From NCBI RefSeq assembly GCF_018350175.1, contig NC_058368.1, positions 38,256,001 to 38,320,000 on the forward strand: DNA of 64,000 nt. The letters are read 5' to 3'. This document shows, in pieces, positions 50,150 to 63,384 of this stretch. The position numbers and the translations under genes were made by a program. The notes below the pieces were generated by a model. That model had not been told where the DNA came from, made no database searches, and saw only the letters and a program-made list of their open reading frames with translations. The DNA comes from Felis catus (taxonomy: Eukaryota). Position 1 is the first letter of the stretch; each line of letters starts with the position of its first letter.

Positions 50150-52500
50150 ACTCCTTTATCCAAACTCAGTGTCTGTTGAATTCCTGATGATAGAAATCAC
50201 CAGTGGTAACTGGCAACAGAACAGACTTTGAAGCTCTACCTAAGTCTACAGTCTTAGTACCTCCAGAAATTGTATTCGGACACACTGAATATTTTAACAA
50301 GCACAGCAATGATTATTTTTAGTGTATACCTAATTCCTGATTGTTTTTTTATTCATTGTTGGCCTTATTATCTGTTTTACAATATTCCTGGGTGTTCCAA
50401 CCTTCAAATTGATCTCAGTAAGTGCAACATACATGGGGATGACCCCAGATTTATTTGATCACCTATGAACTTTTATTTTCCTCCACTTATGAAAAAACTC
50501 CTTGGAAATGGTCATCTTTAGAAATTGCAGAACATCTAAAACCACAACTTCATACATCCTATCAAACCACTATTATCCATCTATCCATGTCTTCTCTGAA
50601 AGCCATCTCAGAATAACAACTTTCACTCTCACAGAAAGGTACACTCCACTTATTCTAACTATATATTGTTTGCTTACCTGAAAAGACCAAGCTTTGATTT
50701 CTTCTTTATCTATTGTAGATTCTGTAGTTCATCATTACAATCACTCCCTTAAAAATGAACTCTCATCTCCAGATATTTTTATCTGGTACTCCAGCTATGG
50801 ATAAACTCAGACATCTGTTTTAGTAATGCAGTGGGTTATTGCTAGAGAAAATCTCACATCCTGAAATCAGTGCTGCTATAGACTCAATGGATGCTAACCT
50901 CATTTGGACACTTAACAAAGATCACTTACTCTCTATATAATTATTATATTCTACCTTTTCCTTTTCTCTCAAACCTACCATTGCTTTGCTCTCTGATTTC
51001 ATTTATTTTAGAGAGAGAGAGAGGGAGGGGCAGAGAGAAACGGAGAGAGAGAACCTTAAACAGGCCCCATGTCCAGTGTAGAACCCCATACAGGGTTCCA
51101 TCTCATGACCGTGAGATTATGACCTGAGCTGAAATCAAGAGTTGGATGCTCAATCGACTGAGCCACCCAGGTGCCCCTCTGATTTTATTTTTTTATGTCA
51201 GTTTTAAAATTAAAACCTGAGGCATGAATCCCCTCATCTTCTTTTAAGTAAAATGTTTAATGTATTTGTTTCTGAATCTACTGGTTTTCTTCTATGAAGA
51301 TGGAACAACTTCACATTGAATCAAAGGACAATCTCTCCACAGAGGCTGTGGATCACATTTACATGACTTGTATTCCCACTTATTTTTTCCTATATTATCC
51401 ATATCTTCTTCTCAGTAGAATGATTCCCATTAGGAATTAATGATCCTTTAAAAATGATTCATATTAAAAATTTTTTTTGATTCTTCAACCCACTGAAGTT
51501 CTGCTTTCTCTTTTCTTCATAGAAAATTTTTTTGAAAAATCCTGTTTGTTCTGTTTCTAGTTCCTTGCAATCAATCTGCCTTCAGCTTATACCAGTCTCA
51601 TGTTCCTTTCCTCTTGACCTCTGTGTTTGCAAATCCAGTGGACACAACTCTGTCCTCTTCCCCCTTTTTTTAAGTGTCATGTGAGGGAGAACTTCCTCCT
51701 AGAAACATTCTCTTAGTCTCTGTTACAACTTGTCCATGTTCTCTCTCCTTTTTATATTTCATTTGTTTCTAAATTTCCCAAAAACCTTCTAAAAATTGGG
51801 GGGAGTTTTTTCAATAATCAATTCTTAGGTTCTTTTTTTCACTGTTCTTTCCATATGTGATTCCATTCACACAAATCACTTTAAATGTCATCTATATGCC
51901 AACTGTTCCCAACATTATAAGTGTAACAGAAAAACACTTCTATTTAAATTATATATTCAACTACCTCCTTTGTTTCTGTTCCTGAATGTTTAGTGACATC
52001 TGAAAGATAACATAAGCAAGACTTTTGTTTCTACCCTCAAACACATTACTTCATTAACTTTCCTTTCAAATAAATGCAAGTAAGGGAAATATTGTCCTGA
52101 ATTTTCAAACCAAAACCTGTGAGACTCTTCTAATTAATTTATCTCCATTATCTTCCCCATGCATTAATCAAGTCTATAGATCCAACCTCTAGACAATATC
52201 AAAAATCAATCTACATTTCTCCAGCACTCCAGCAGACTATCTTATCATGTCTAGACATCTTGAGATGTCTTTCCTAAATGATTCACCTCTGTCAATCCCT
52301 GTCAAGTCCATTCTTTAACTACAAAAACTCTCTCTTGAAAACATTAAAGTGGCCCATGCTACTGTATTCAGTGGACTTCCACTAAACAATGTAAGTTATA
52401 AAAAGGACCTTCTTTTATGCGGCCTATAAACCTACTCACAACCTAGCTCTTGCCTATCTCTAGAAACGTCATTTTAAATGAATCTATCCTTCACTCATCA
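50150..52500 (+). mobile_element. Long degraded L2 LINE remnant
   Basis: Pyrimidine-rich L2-like blocks such as tttgcaaatccagtggacac..tctgtcctc, ctttaaatgtcatctatatgcc and atattcaactacctcc. Confidence 0.6.
51000..51177 (-). mobile_element. Can-SINE
   Basis: TSD-like tctgattt(c/t)attt on both sides; ends gagccacccaggtgcccc. Confidence 0.93.
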
Positions 52501-52538
52501 TGCTTTAATTGAGAGATGGAAAATTAGAGGCCTATGGA

Positions 52539-53030
52539 TGTTGAGAGAGAATTCTCTGTAGGTTTGTTTTCACACATCTTTCACAAAGAGGCACTGCCTA
52601 TTGTAGGGAAACTTTACAAGCATGTTCATATAACGAACAGCCTTGGACTATAGAGATAGCCTCCCTCCAGAGCAAAGGGTTTGCTTAAAGGCTTGAAGAT
52701 AAACATACCTACCCTCAGAGTAAAATGGCACTCTTGCTTTCCACCCCTTGTAAAATATTTGGGTTTTCTAAGATGAGGGTTCCTCTCCTATAATACAATC
52801 CAATTTATTTGCTGGTGTTGGATAGCTCCCTTGCATTGATCAGTGAGAAATGAGGCTGGAGGAACAAATACCAATGCTGATCACCTGACTAGTGTTACAT
52901 TTGAGAAATAAACTGTCCTTTGTCTCTGACACAGGAGTCTTACATCTTGTGGCACTGATGAAATCTGAAGGCTAGTTTGTTAGATTGCAAGTAGGGTAAA
53001 GTTCCAGGCCGTCTTCTGGTCTTGTGTAGT
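52539..53030 (+). mobile_element. ERVL solo LTR, LTR40-like
   Basis: tgttgagagagaattctc start, gaacagccttgga..tagagatag..ctccctccagagcaaaggg, aataaactgtcctttgtctctgac..aggagtct, tgcaagtagggtaaa. Confidence 0.75.
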
Positions 53031-53034
53031 TCTT

Positions 53035-53615
53035 GTTTGGCCTTAATAATAATTACTGTGCTGTTTTGTTTTTTATAATTTGAATTATTTGCTATAAAAT
53101 ATGGAGTTTAAATATAAAAATCTAGACATAAACTCTTGTTTAAAAGTTATGGTTTCTAGCTAAATCTGGGCCCTCCTTCATTTATGGCAAAATTTCTCGG
53201 ATTGTATAGTGACTCTGATCTTTATGAGAAGTGTGTCTTCTCAGTTTACCAAAGACTCCCCCACACCTTTTTGTTATATTGATACTAGGGTTCACTGCCA
53301 TTTGTTACTTATCACTGAGACTGTACTGTTGTTTTTGTTTTCAGTATTGCAAAGTTGAGGGAAAAAACAAAAGATGGACCCAGAAGACATATGTATCATA
53401 AATTTATGACAGAGCATATTTCTTTGTGCTCCTGAAAAATGTTCCCATGTGTTTCATTTGTAATCAGAGAGTGTCCCTTTGGGAGAATACAATTAAGATC
53501 CCATTAATATGCAAATTAAATATAACTGGATAAAAAGAATGCAACTAAACATACCCTTCTAACTTCACTTATTTACCTGACTGGCCCCAGTAGGCATTTG
53601 AGGCACAACCTCAGC
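53035..53615. mobile_element. Degraded hAT-Charlie-like DNA transposon
   Basis: aaaatctaga..ctgggccc block and terminal ggccccagtaggcatttgag resemble Charlie4-type elements (from memory). Confidence 0.4.
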
Positions 53616-53619
53616 TCTG

Positions 53620-54025
53620 GCCAAAATGCCCTGCTTTCAGCTCATAAAACAGGCCCAGAACTGTCCTACTTAGTGCCCTTTCATGCTGTTTTATCTGCCA
53701 GGAATGCATTTCCTGTGGATCTTCACACAGCCTGCTTCTTTTCATCCTCCAAATCTCACTCTAAATATCATTATCTCAAAGAGGTCTTCTCCAAACATCC
53801 TTTCTAATTAGATCTGTCCCTGTCATTTTCTACCATGGCACATTTTCATGATCTTGTCAGCACTTTTCAACATTTGTACTTTTATATTGATTTGTTTATA
53901 TAACGTCTGTTTTACCACTAGACTCTAAGCTCCTTAAGGAAAGAGACCCTTCTAGGTTTATATATCTAGTGCAAAGCAAAGCATATGACCTTACCTGATT
54001 CAATATTTGATGAATAAATGAACAA
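53620..54025 (+). mobile_element. L2 3' end
   Basis: tctgccaggaatgcatttcc, ccactagactctaagctcc..aaggaaagagacc, caatatttgatgaataaatgaa. Confidence 0.75.
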
Positions 54026-54667
54026 ATTGTCTTAAAATGTATTCTGATAGGATAGTTTAACATACTGACTCCCTATGGATTGCACTTGGCATTGAAAAAT
54101 TTTATTGCTAAGGTGCAATTTGTTGGAGTGTTGACCTCTTAAATTTTTTTTGTCTTTTGTGAAACTTGTCCTAACAAAAAAAGAACTTCCTAGGGTAAAA
54201 AACATAAATCTCTAGCCACTTCCATTAGGTCAACTGTCTATCGTTCTATTTTTTGAAATAAACACTTTACCCTTTTCTTTAGTAGATCTTATCTTTAATT
54301 CTTCAACTCTCTATTCTCCAAATAGGGATGTGCTAGAGGAGCCCTGATTTTTGCTTTTTCCAAACTTTATTATTTAAAGTACTGTGGCTGATTTCAGTCT
54401 GTCAACATGAAGTCACTAAAACCAGATTTGGAAAGAGATGCACACAGTCTACTCTCATGAGACAGGTAAAGTTGGCTAGATTATACCACTTTTTATAATG
54501 TCCTTAAATTGCATGTTTATGCATATCAAATTAGCAATTTGGCTGATTAATTTTATTTGGGTTTGGAAGTCTGTATATACCTCCACTTTTTCATTATGTA
54601 TTTTATAACTTAATGTTTCATACCAATTTGGAAAGTCACCTAGCCCCGTTTCCTTTTAAAGCCCGCA

Positions 54668-55050
54668 TGTTATAAACTGATCTGTGTACCCCTAAAATTA
54701 ATACGCTGCAGCCTTCATTCCCACTGGGACTATATTTGGCGATAAAGCCTTAAGGAGATGATTGAGGTTAAAGTAGGTCGTAAGGGTAGGGTCCTAATTC
54801 CAGAGGACTGGATTCATTACAATAACAAGAAGAAACACCAGAGACCTTTCTCTGAGTGTGCACAGAGAAAGGCCATCTGAGAATACAGTGAGAAGGTGGC
54901 TATTTACCAACTGGGATGAGAGGTCTCTCTAGACATCAACCCTGCTGGCATATTGATATTAGACTTCAAGCCCCTAAAACTATAAGAAAACAAACTTCTG
55001 TTGTTTAAGCCACTCAGTCTGTGTTATTATAGCCTTAGCAGACTAATGTG
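54668..55050 (+). mobile_element. MaLR solo LTR, MLT1B-like
   Basis: tgttataaactga..tgtgtacccctaaaatt start; ggtcgtaagggtagggtcctaat; aaacttctgttgtttaagccactcagtctgtg; agcagactaat end. Confidence 0.85.
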
Positions 55051-55947
55051 CTATTAAATATTAGATATGCATATCCTTAGATTTCTTTCTCTTTCTTAAA
55101 GCTAGATAAAAAATACTATAAAAACATGAAAAGGCAGATGTATCAAACTATATATTACATATACTTATATCTTTTAATGAATTATGTATTGATATACAAT
55201 CTACATTTTCTCAATGTATTTACTTTCACATATTAGAAATGTGATTAAGCTATTTTAAGAAAAAGAATTTAAATATAAGTATGCATATATATTCATATAA
55301 TATGAATTTTATATGATGCATATATTATAAAAATTTTAAGTAACTTTTATAGACATCATTGAATTTTTAAATTCGTACTACTGCACCTTCATTTAATGTG
55401 GTTTCAGAAGTGAATTTCCTCAAAGCAATATTCTTAATTAAAATAATAATAAAACCTTTACTTTCTTTGGTTTCTTTTACTTTGCAGTTAATCTAAGTGA
55501 TTTTTACAGTTATCTCACTTTTCTTTAATGAGAGCTTATTTTCATCTTCATTTTATGGGAAAGAAAAACAACTAAAGAAAAATTAAGTAACTTGACCACT
55601 ACAACTATTTTGAAATATAATTTCAATGTGAACATACAGAGTTTGACTTTAGATTCTTTGTTTTTCAAAGACACTGAAAATATCTTCTTCAATTTTGATT
55701 CTAACTTATTTTTAATTTGGTTACTGAGATATAATGGATCTATAACATTAGTTTCCTATGTAAAACATAATGATTCAATATTTGTAGATACTGTGAAAGG
55801 ATACCACAGTAAGTACAATTAATATCTATCACTATTAACATAATATTTTTCTTAAGAGAATTTTTAAGATTTACTCTCAAGAACTTTAAAATTTGCCATA
55901 CAGTGTAATTAACTACAGTAAGCATGTTGGACGTTACATACATGACT

Positions 55948-56146
55948 TATTTTAATGTTTCTTTTGAGAGAGAGAGAGCGTGCAAGTGTGAGCAGGGGAG
56001 GCGCAAAGAGAAAGGGAGACACAGAACTTGAAGTGGGCTCCAAGCTGTCATTACAGAGCCCAAACCAGGGCTTGAACCCATGAACTGTGAGATCATGACC
56101 TGAGCTGAAGTTGGACACTTAGCCGACTGAGCCACCTACTTGCCCC
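55948..56146 (-). mobile_element. Can-SINE inside L1-C
   Basis: gggagacacagaac..gagatcatgacctgagctgaagttggacacttagccgactgagccacc. Confidence 0.93.
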
Positions 56147-56987
56147 ATATGATTTCTCTATGTTGTAGCTGGAAGTTTGTACCTTTTGACCTCCTTCATC
56201 CATTTTGCCCAGCCCCACTCCTCACCTGTTGCAATTACTAATGTGTTCTTTGTATTATGACTTTTTCAAAGTTATACACATAAGTGACATAATACTGTAT
56301 TTACCTTTTTTCTGACTTATCTTACTTAGCATAATGCCCTCCAAGTCCATCCATGTTATTGCAAAAAAAAAAACAAGATTTCCTTCTTTTTTATGACTGA
56401 ATAATATTCCATTGTGCATATATACCACGTTTTATCCATCCATGGATACTTAGGTTGTTTCTCCTTATCTTGGCTATTGTAAATAATGATACTATGAACA
56501 GGGGTTCATATCTTTTTGAATTAGTGTTTTCATTTTCTTCTGATAAATACCCAGAAGCAGAATTGGTGGATCATGTAGTAGTTCTATTTACAGTTCTATT
56601 TATATTTTTTTGAGGAAACTTCACACTATTTTCCATAGTGGATGAACCAATTTCCATTCTTACCAACAGTAAGATTATTTTTTCCACATCCTTGCCAACA
56701 GTTTTTCTTATCTTTTTTGTAATAGTCATTCTAATAGGTCTGAGGTGATATCTCATAGAAGTTTTGATTTGCTTTTACCCTTATTATTTAGTGATGTGAA
56801 AACCTTTCATGTACCTGCTGGCCATCTGTATACCCTCTTTGGAAAAAATGTCTATTCATGTCCTCTGCCCAGTTTTTGACTATTTGGGTTTTTGTTGTTG
56901 TTTTGCTATTATAGTTCTTTTTATATTTTGTATCATAAGCCCTTATCTGTTTTGCAAGTACTATTTTCTCCCATTTATTAGGTGGCC

Positions 56988-57197
56988 TTTTTTTTAAGTT
57001 TATTTATTTTTGAGACACAGAGAGAGTGAGCGCGCAAGTGAGGGATGGGGGCAGAGAGAGGCAGACAGAATTCCGAGCAGGCTCCACACTGTCAGCACAG
57101 AGCCCAACATGGGACTCGATCCTTGAATAGTGAGATCATGACCTGAGTCTAAATCGAGAGTCAGATGCTTAACCAACTGAGTGAGTCCCCAGGCACT
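56988..57197 (-). mobile_element. Can-SINE inside L1-C
   Basis: Approximate TSD ttaggtggccttttt / ttaggttgtcttttt. Confidence 0.93.
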
Positions 57198-58120
57198 CAT
57201 CTTAGGTTGTCTTTTTATCTTGGCGATGGTTTCCTTTGCTAGGTAGAAGCTTTCAATTTCATGTAGTGTACTTTTTTGATTTTTGCTTCTGTTGCCTCTG
57301 ATTTTCATGTCAAATCCAAACAAATACCACTGCTAAAATTAGCGTTAGGGAGCTTACCCTTAAGTTTTCTTCTAGGAATTTTATGACTTCAGGTTGCATG
57401 TTCCTGTTTTTAATTTTTGATAATTGTATAAAAGAGTGGTCCAGTTTCATTCATTTGTAAGTGGCTGTTCAGTTTTCCCCACACCATTTATTGAAGATAC
57501 TGTGCTTTCCCCATTGTATATTCTTGGCTAAATTGTCATAAACTAATTTTTCACATATATGTGAGCGAGTGTACTTCTAAGCCTTCTGATCCATTATACA
57601 TCTGTTGTGACACCACCATACTGTTTTGATTACTATAACTTAGTATAGTTTGAAATCGGGGAACAGGATGCCAACAGATCTGTTCTACTCAATATTTCTT
57701 TGACTATCTGGGTTATTCTGTGATTCCGTACAGATTTTAGGATTATTCTATTTCTTTGAGAAATGTCATTTGAATTTTGATGGGTATTGCATTGAATCTA
57801 TAGATTGCTTTAAGTACTGTGGATGCTTTAAGTACTGTGGATGTTTTTATAGTATTATAATCCATGAGTATAGAATTTTTGTTTGTGTCTCCTTCAATTC
57901 ATTGGTGCCTGATACTTTTCAGTGTATAGGTATTTGACCTCCTTGGATAAATTTATTTTTAGATATTTTCTTTTGTATGGCATTGTAAATGGGTTTGTTT
58001 TCTATTTTTCTTTCTGGAATTTTAATACTAGTGTATAGAAATGCAACAGATTTATGTGTAATGATTCTGTATCTTCAAACTTTACTAAATTTATTGAGTT
58101 TTTGTTTTTTGGAGGTGGGG

Positions 58121-58318
58121 GTGGCACCTGGGTGGCTCAGTCAGTTAAGTGTTTGACTTTGGCTCAGGTCATGACCTCGCAGTTAATGGGTTCAAGCTCT
58201 GCATCAAGCTCTGTGCTGACAGCTCAGAGCCTGGAGCCTGCTTCAGATACTTGTCTCCTCTCTCTGCTCCTCTCCCACTTGTGCTCGGTCTCTCTCAAAA
58301 ATGAATAAACATTAAAAA
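58121..58318 (+). mobile_element. Can-SINE inside L1-C
   Basis: ggcacctgggtggctcagtcagttaag head; aaaaatgaataaacattaaaaa tail. Confidence 0.94.
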
Positions 58319-59833
58319 GAGAGTCTTTGGTGGGGTCTTTTAGATTGTTTTCCATATATGATATCATATTATCTGCAGTTCTAATTATTTTCCCATTTGG
58401 ATGCCTTTCATTTCTTTTGATTGCCTGGTTGGTTTGGCAAAGACTTACAACACTATGTTGAACAAAAAGTGGTGAGAATGGGGATCCTTGTGTTGTCCCT
58501 GATCTTAGAGGAAAAGCTTTCAACTTTTTACCTTTCAGTATTATGTTAGCTGTGAGATTATCATACATATTATCGCTATAAACTTCCCTCTTAGAACTGC
58601 CTTCCTTCATTCCATAAGTTTTGGTATGCTGTATTTCCTTTTTCATTTGTCTTAGGGTATTTTTTTTTAATTTTATTTCAATTTCTGCTTTGACCCATTG
58701 GTTGTTCAGTAGCTTAGTGCTTAATTTCCACATTTGTGAATTTTCCAGTTTTGCTTAATTTCTAGTATGTTATCGTCAGAAAAAAATTCTTGCTATGATT
58801 TCAGTCTTCTTAAATTCATTAAGCTCATTTTGTGGCCTAACATGATCTACCCTGGAGTATGTTCTACATGCACTTGAGAAGAGTGTGTATTCTGTTGTTT
58901 TGGGATGGAATTCTCTGTATATATAAATCTGTCTGATCTAATGTGTGATTTAAGGTTGATGCTTCTTTGCTGATTCTCTGAATAATCTATGCATTGATGA
59001 AAGTGGAGAATTAAAGTCTCCTACTATTATTTTATTGCTATTTCCTCCTTTAGATCTCTTAGTTATTGCTTTATATATTTAGGTGCTCCTATCTTGGGTA
59101 GGTAAATATATTTACACAAGTTACATTTTTTTATTGACCCCTTTATCATTATGTGATGACATTTTTTTCATCTCTTAGGCTTTAAAACAGTACTACTGTG
59201 TCTGATAGAAGAATAGCTACCCCAACTTTCTTTTGATTTCCATTTATGTGGAATATTTTTTTTCATGTCTTCATGTTCAGCCTGTGTCTTTACAGCTGAT
59301 ATCTTTTGTAGGCAGCATGTGTCTGATTCGTTTTAAATTCATTTAGCCACTTACGTCTTTCGACTAGAAAATTTAGTCATTAACATGTAAAGTAATTATC
59401 AGTACATATGTATTTACTGCCATTTTGTTGTTTTCTGGGTGTTTGTGGTTCTCTTTTCCTTTTTTGCTTTCTTCTTTTGAGGTTTGATGAATTGCTCAGC
59501 GGTGTGATTAGATTTCTCTTTATTATATATCTGCTATAGGTTTTGCCTTGTGGTTACCATGAGGCTTTATGTGTAAGAGCTCACTCTCCTCCCAACTATT
59601 TTGTGTTTGATTTCAGTTTATATCTCATTTTCTCTTGTGTATCCATTAACAAATTATTGTAGTTACATTTTTGTTACTTTATTAAATCTTCATGCTAGTT
59701 TTATAAGTGATTTTTTTCACCACCTTTAAAACACTAGATTATTCTGAATCTTACCATATATTTACCAGTGAGCTTTATACTTTGTTTACATTTTCCAGTT
59801 ATTAATTATCACCCTTTTTATTAAACTCAAAAT

Positions 59834-59836
<3 letters not shown>

Positions 59837-59870
<34 letters not shown>
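59837..59870. repeat. Poly(T)34 tract
   Basis: Read directly; lies within the L1-C ORF1 region. Confidence 0.95.
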
Positions 59871-59871
<1 letters not shown>

Positions 59872-62413
59872 GCTAGTCTAGTGGTGAGGCACTCCTTCAG
59901 TTTTGCTTCTCTGGAAAACTCTTACCTCTTCTAATTTTGAATGGCATCTCCTCTGGGTAGATTATTCCTGATTGGAAGGCTTTTCACCAGCTCTTGGAAT
60001 GTATCCTGGTCATGTCACTCCCTTTTGGAGTTCAAAATCTCATAGTCCTATGGGAGTTCCTTTGTGTTGAATAAGTTGTTTTTCTCTTGATGCTTTAAAG
60101 AATCCGTCTTTGTCGTTGACAGTTATAGTTTTAATTATAATGTGTCTTCATGTGGGTCTCTTTAGGGACCATTTATTTGGAATTCTCTGGGCTTCCCTCT
60201 AACTGGATGTCTCTTTCTTTGCACTGGTTAGGGAAGTTTTCAGCCATTAAGACTTCAAATATGCCTGTTGCCCATTTCTTTATTCTTCTTCTGGGACTTC
60301 TGTAATTTGAATGTTAACCTGCTTAATGTCCCATAAGTTCCCCACACTATCTTCCCTTATTTTTGCAGCTGTGATTGAGTTGCAATGTCCTGTGTTCAAG
60401 TTCATAGGGTTTTGTTTTTTGTTTTTGGCTGCTTCATCTAGTCTATTGAACTACTTTAATGCATTTTTCAGTTATTTTTTTTTCATTTCTGTGATTTCTA
60501 TTTGGCACTTCTATTTTATTTTTTTTGAAGTTCTCACATGTTCATCTATTCTTCATCTGAGATAAGTGACCATCTTCATAACCACGAAGTTAACCATTTA
60601 ATCAGAATTTTATGAAGGACTTTTACTGAGGGTTTATCTTGTCTTTTTCATTTGGAATGTATCCCTTTGTTTCTTCATCTTCCTTGATTCTGTATTGTTT
60701 CTATGCAGTAGATAAACCAACCACATATCCCTGTGTTGAGGCATGTCTTCTCCTAGGAGATGAACCTTATCATTAATGCTGTCCTACATCTTGATTATGT
60801 CTCCAGGCAGCCTATTTTATCTTTAGTGTCTCCCAATAGTTAAGGATGTGCCTAGACCTGTGTCCCAAAGGGAAGGATCTCAGCACCTAGACTGAGGCTG
60901 ATTAGAAGCCAGACCCTCAGGCAACAACTTTTAAAGTATGCTAATATATACAGTTCTGTGGCACCACATGCCTAAGTCCCTCTGGCCACCAGAACTAGAT
61001 GCTGTAGAGTGGTCCCCTTAACAGTTGTAATAATCAGGATGCCAAATAAGTGTTTCAGACAAAGGGCACAAAGATGGTGTCCACCAACCCCTATCCTTGG
61101 AAACCACCACCTTAGGCTCCTAGATGTGTGCCCAACCAAAAGCCTGCCTTCATCATGAAGCTCCAGGATCAACAAATATTAGAGGGACATTTCAGTCTGC
61201 TGCCTGTACTGTGGGTGTGGTAGGCAGCCAAGAACTGTCTTTCCATTTGTTAGTCCCATTTGACCATGCAACACAAGTCCCACTGGCCACCAGGGCCAAC
61301 CAAATAAAAGGTGTTTTCTAGGCAGCAGCCATATAAGCCAGGGACCTGATATAAAACCTGGGGCATTATATACATATATAAACTCCTCTGTGGGAGATAG
61401 GTGGATTGCAGTAGAGGCAGAAGGTGAGCATCAGAGGTCTCTGGAGAGGATCACAGTGGGCCCTTGGATGTGTGTTTAAATAGAAGACCACCTTTTAGGC
61501 TGAAACTCTGAAGATAAGCTAATGGCCCTTTTTCAGTGAAGTACTGGGCACCTGTGTCTTTTGTCCCTTGTTGTGCCATAAGGGTAGTAGCTGGCCAACA
61601 CCTGTCTCTATTTATTGCAGTCCTCTGGGACCCAGGAATATGGGCCCTCCTGGCCCTTAAAGCTAGATGATCTAGAGATGATCCTAGATAGCAGTTATAC
61701 AAATTGAAGCACCAGACGGAGGGTATAAGCTTCTTTCTTGGAGATACCAGTCAGCTGGAGTGAGGCACAGGGAGAATATCAAAATGATGTCCACCAGCCA
61801 CTGTTTTCTGAGAGCAGCTCCAAAAGTCCTTAGTTCTGACCTTCAGGCTAAGGCTCTAGGACAAGGAAATAAGCCTATTGTACAGCACAACTGGGCTCTA
61901 TTTCAGTCCATACAGAGCCCTTGGGATGATAGCTGGCCAAGAACTGTCTCCCATTGTCTTATGGGGTATAGAAATCAAAGCCCTGCTCACCAACAGGGTC
62001 AAATGAACTTGGGACATTTCCTGAGTGCCAGTTGCCAAACACCATGGCACTTGACACATGTAAAAGCCACCTTCCTGGGTACTGTTGTTCCAGACTGCAG
62101 CAGAGAGTGTAAAGATGGCACCTGCCAGCCTCTGTCCCTGAAGACTGTTTCAGTAGGTTTTCCTAGATGTGTGTTAAATTAGATGTCTGCCTCTCCAGTC
62201 AACACTTTAAGATAAGCAAATGAGCCTCTATCACAGTCTCAGAGCATTTCAACCTGATTCCTATGCACTGGGCCTTGGGGTCAGTAGGTCTGTGCTCATG
62301 AGCCTTTGGAGGCCAATTTCTCAGTTTGCTATAGCCTTGTGGGTCTTGTGGACACAAGTCCTATTGGCTTTCAATGCCATCTTTTGGAGGCTCATATCCC
62401 AGGTGTAGGTCTT

Positions 62414-62653
62414 TTTTTTTTATTTTTTATTAAATTTTTTTTCAAATGTTTATTTATTTTTGGGACAGAGAGAGACAGAGCATGAACAGGGGAGGAGCAG
62501 AGAGAGAGAGAGGGAGACACAGAATCGGAAACAGGCTCCAGGCTCTGAGCCATCATCAGCCCAGAGCCCGATGCGGGGCTCGAACTCCCGGACCGCGAGA
62601 TCATGACCTGGCTGAAGTCGGACGCTTAACCAACTGCGCCACCCAGGCGCCCC
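62414..62653 (-). mobile_element. Young felid Can-SINE
   Basis: CpG-rich; TSD taggtctt at 62406-62413 and 62655-62662. Confidence 0.97.
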
Positions 62654-63029
62654 ATAGGTCTTAAGATTGGGGGTGACTGATGAAGGATTTCAACCCTTTA
62701 CTCCCCCTGGGGCAGATCCAGGTTTCGAGTTCCCTTCTGATTGTGGGTCACTCTGCCAGAGGGAGGGGATTATAGTGAGAATGTGTCTGAGCCTGCTTTG
62801 ACCCAGATTTTTTTTTCTTCATTTCCCGAGAGTAGGAGTTGCTCAGCTGGTTGTTTTTGGTTGTTTTTTGTTTGTTTTTCCAGAGGAAAATTTTCCACAT
62901 GTATTGGTAGATAAGGTGTATCTATGGAAGAAGGTGAGTTCAGGCTCTTCCTATGTCACCATCTTGAATAGGAACATTAGAGACTTCAGACATTATGTTT
63001 TACAGCTTGATTCTCACAGCATTATTCCT

Positions 63030-63384
63030 GTAGATCATGGTTTTGAGAAACAGCCCATATGAGAAAAGCAGGAAGGGGCAAAGGGAGAAGTTGAACTCCA
63101 ACATTGTTTCAAATAGCTTGTCTCAGTTGGCATCAGGTGGTCTTTCAGAGAGCTCTTCAAATCTAAGTGAAGACACCTTTGTGCCTGTCCACATAGACCA
63201 ACCATTGGTACAAACTGTCCACTGAAGGGGCCATGACCTTGACCAAAGCAGTGCCTTAGGCTGAGAGCAAGGCCTAGGGAGGGACTCAACTGTGAACCAT
63301 CAGCAATCCACACTCCCTGCACTGGGGAATCAGTACCTTGATCTTGAAAGGGGAGGACCTTGATGGTGTTGAGCATCCCCTACA
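63030..63384 (-). mobile_element. LTR16-like ERVL 3' LTR
   Basis: The minus strand begins TGTAGGGGATGCT and contains ttgctgatggttcacagttgagtccctc, caaggtcatggccccttc and agttcaacttctccctttgccccttcctgctt, matching the LTR16 consensus as I recall it. Confidence 0.8.

Larger units (their letters stand above)
55705..62976 (-). mobile_element. Old full-span LINE-1 (L1-C, L1MA9-like) with internal deletion and long 5' UTR
   Basis: L1MA-type 3' UTR at 55.7-56.3 kb; RT motif LTANIILKGKKLKAFPLRSGTTQGSPFSPL joined at ~58570 to the upstream WKLSTKLLNNQWVK..EI segment (deletion); 5' terminus caccatcttgaataggaac near 62976. Confidence 0.9.

Noticed and set aside
57806..57843. 18-bp tandem duplication tgctttaagtactgtgga (similar short duplications near 10975 and 26985)
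   Set aside because: These are ordinary slippage duplications with no sign of function.
61760..62182. 140-aa ORF
   Set aside because: It has a GTG start, lies antisense in a decayed L1 5' UTR and shows no recognisable homology.
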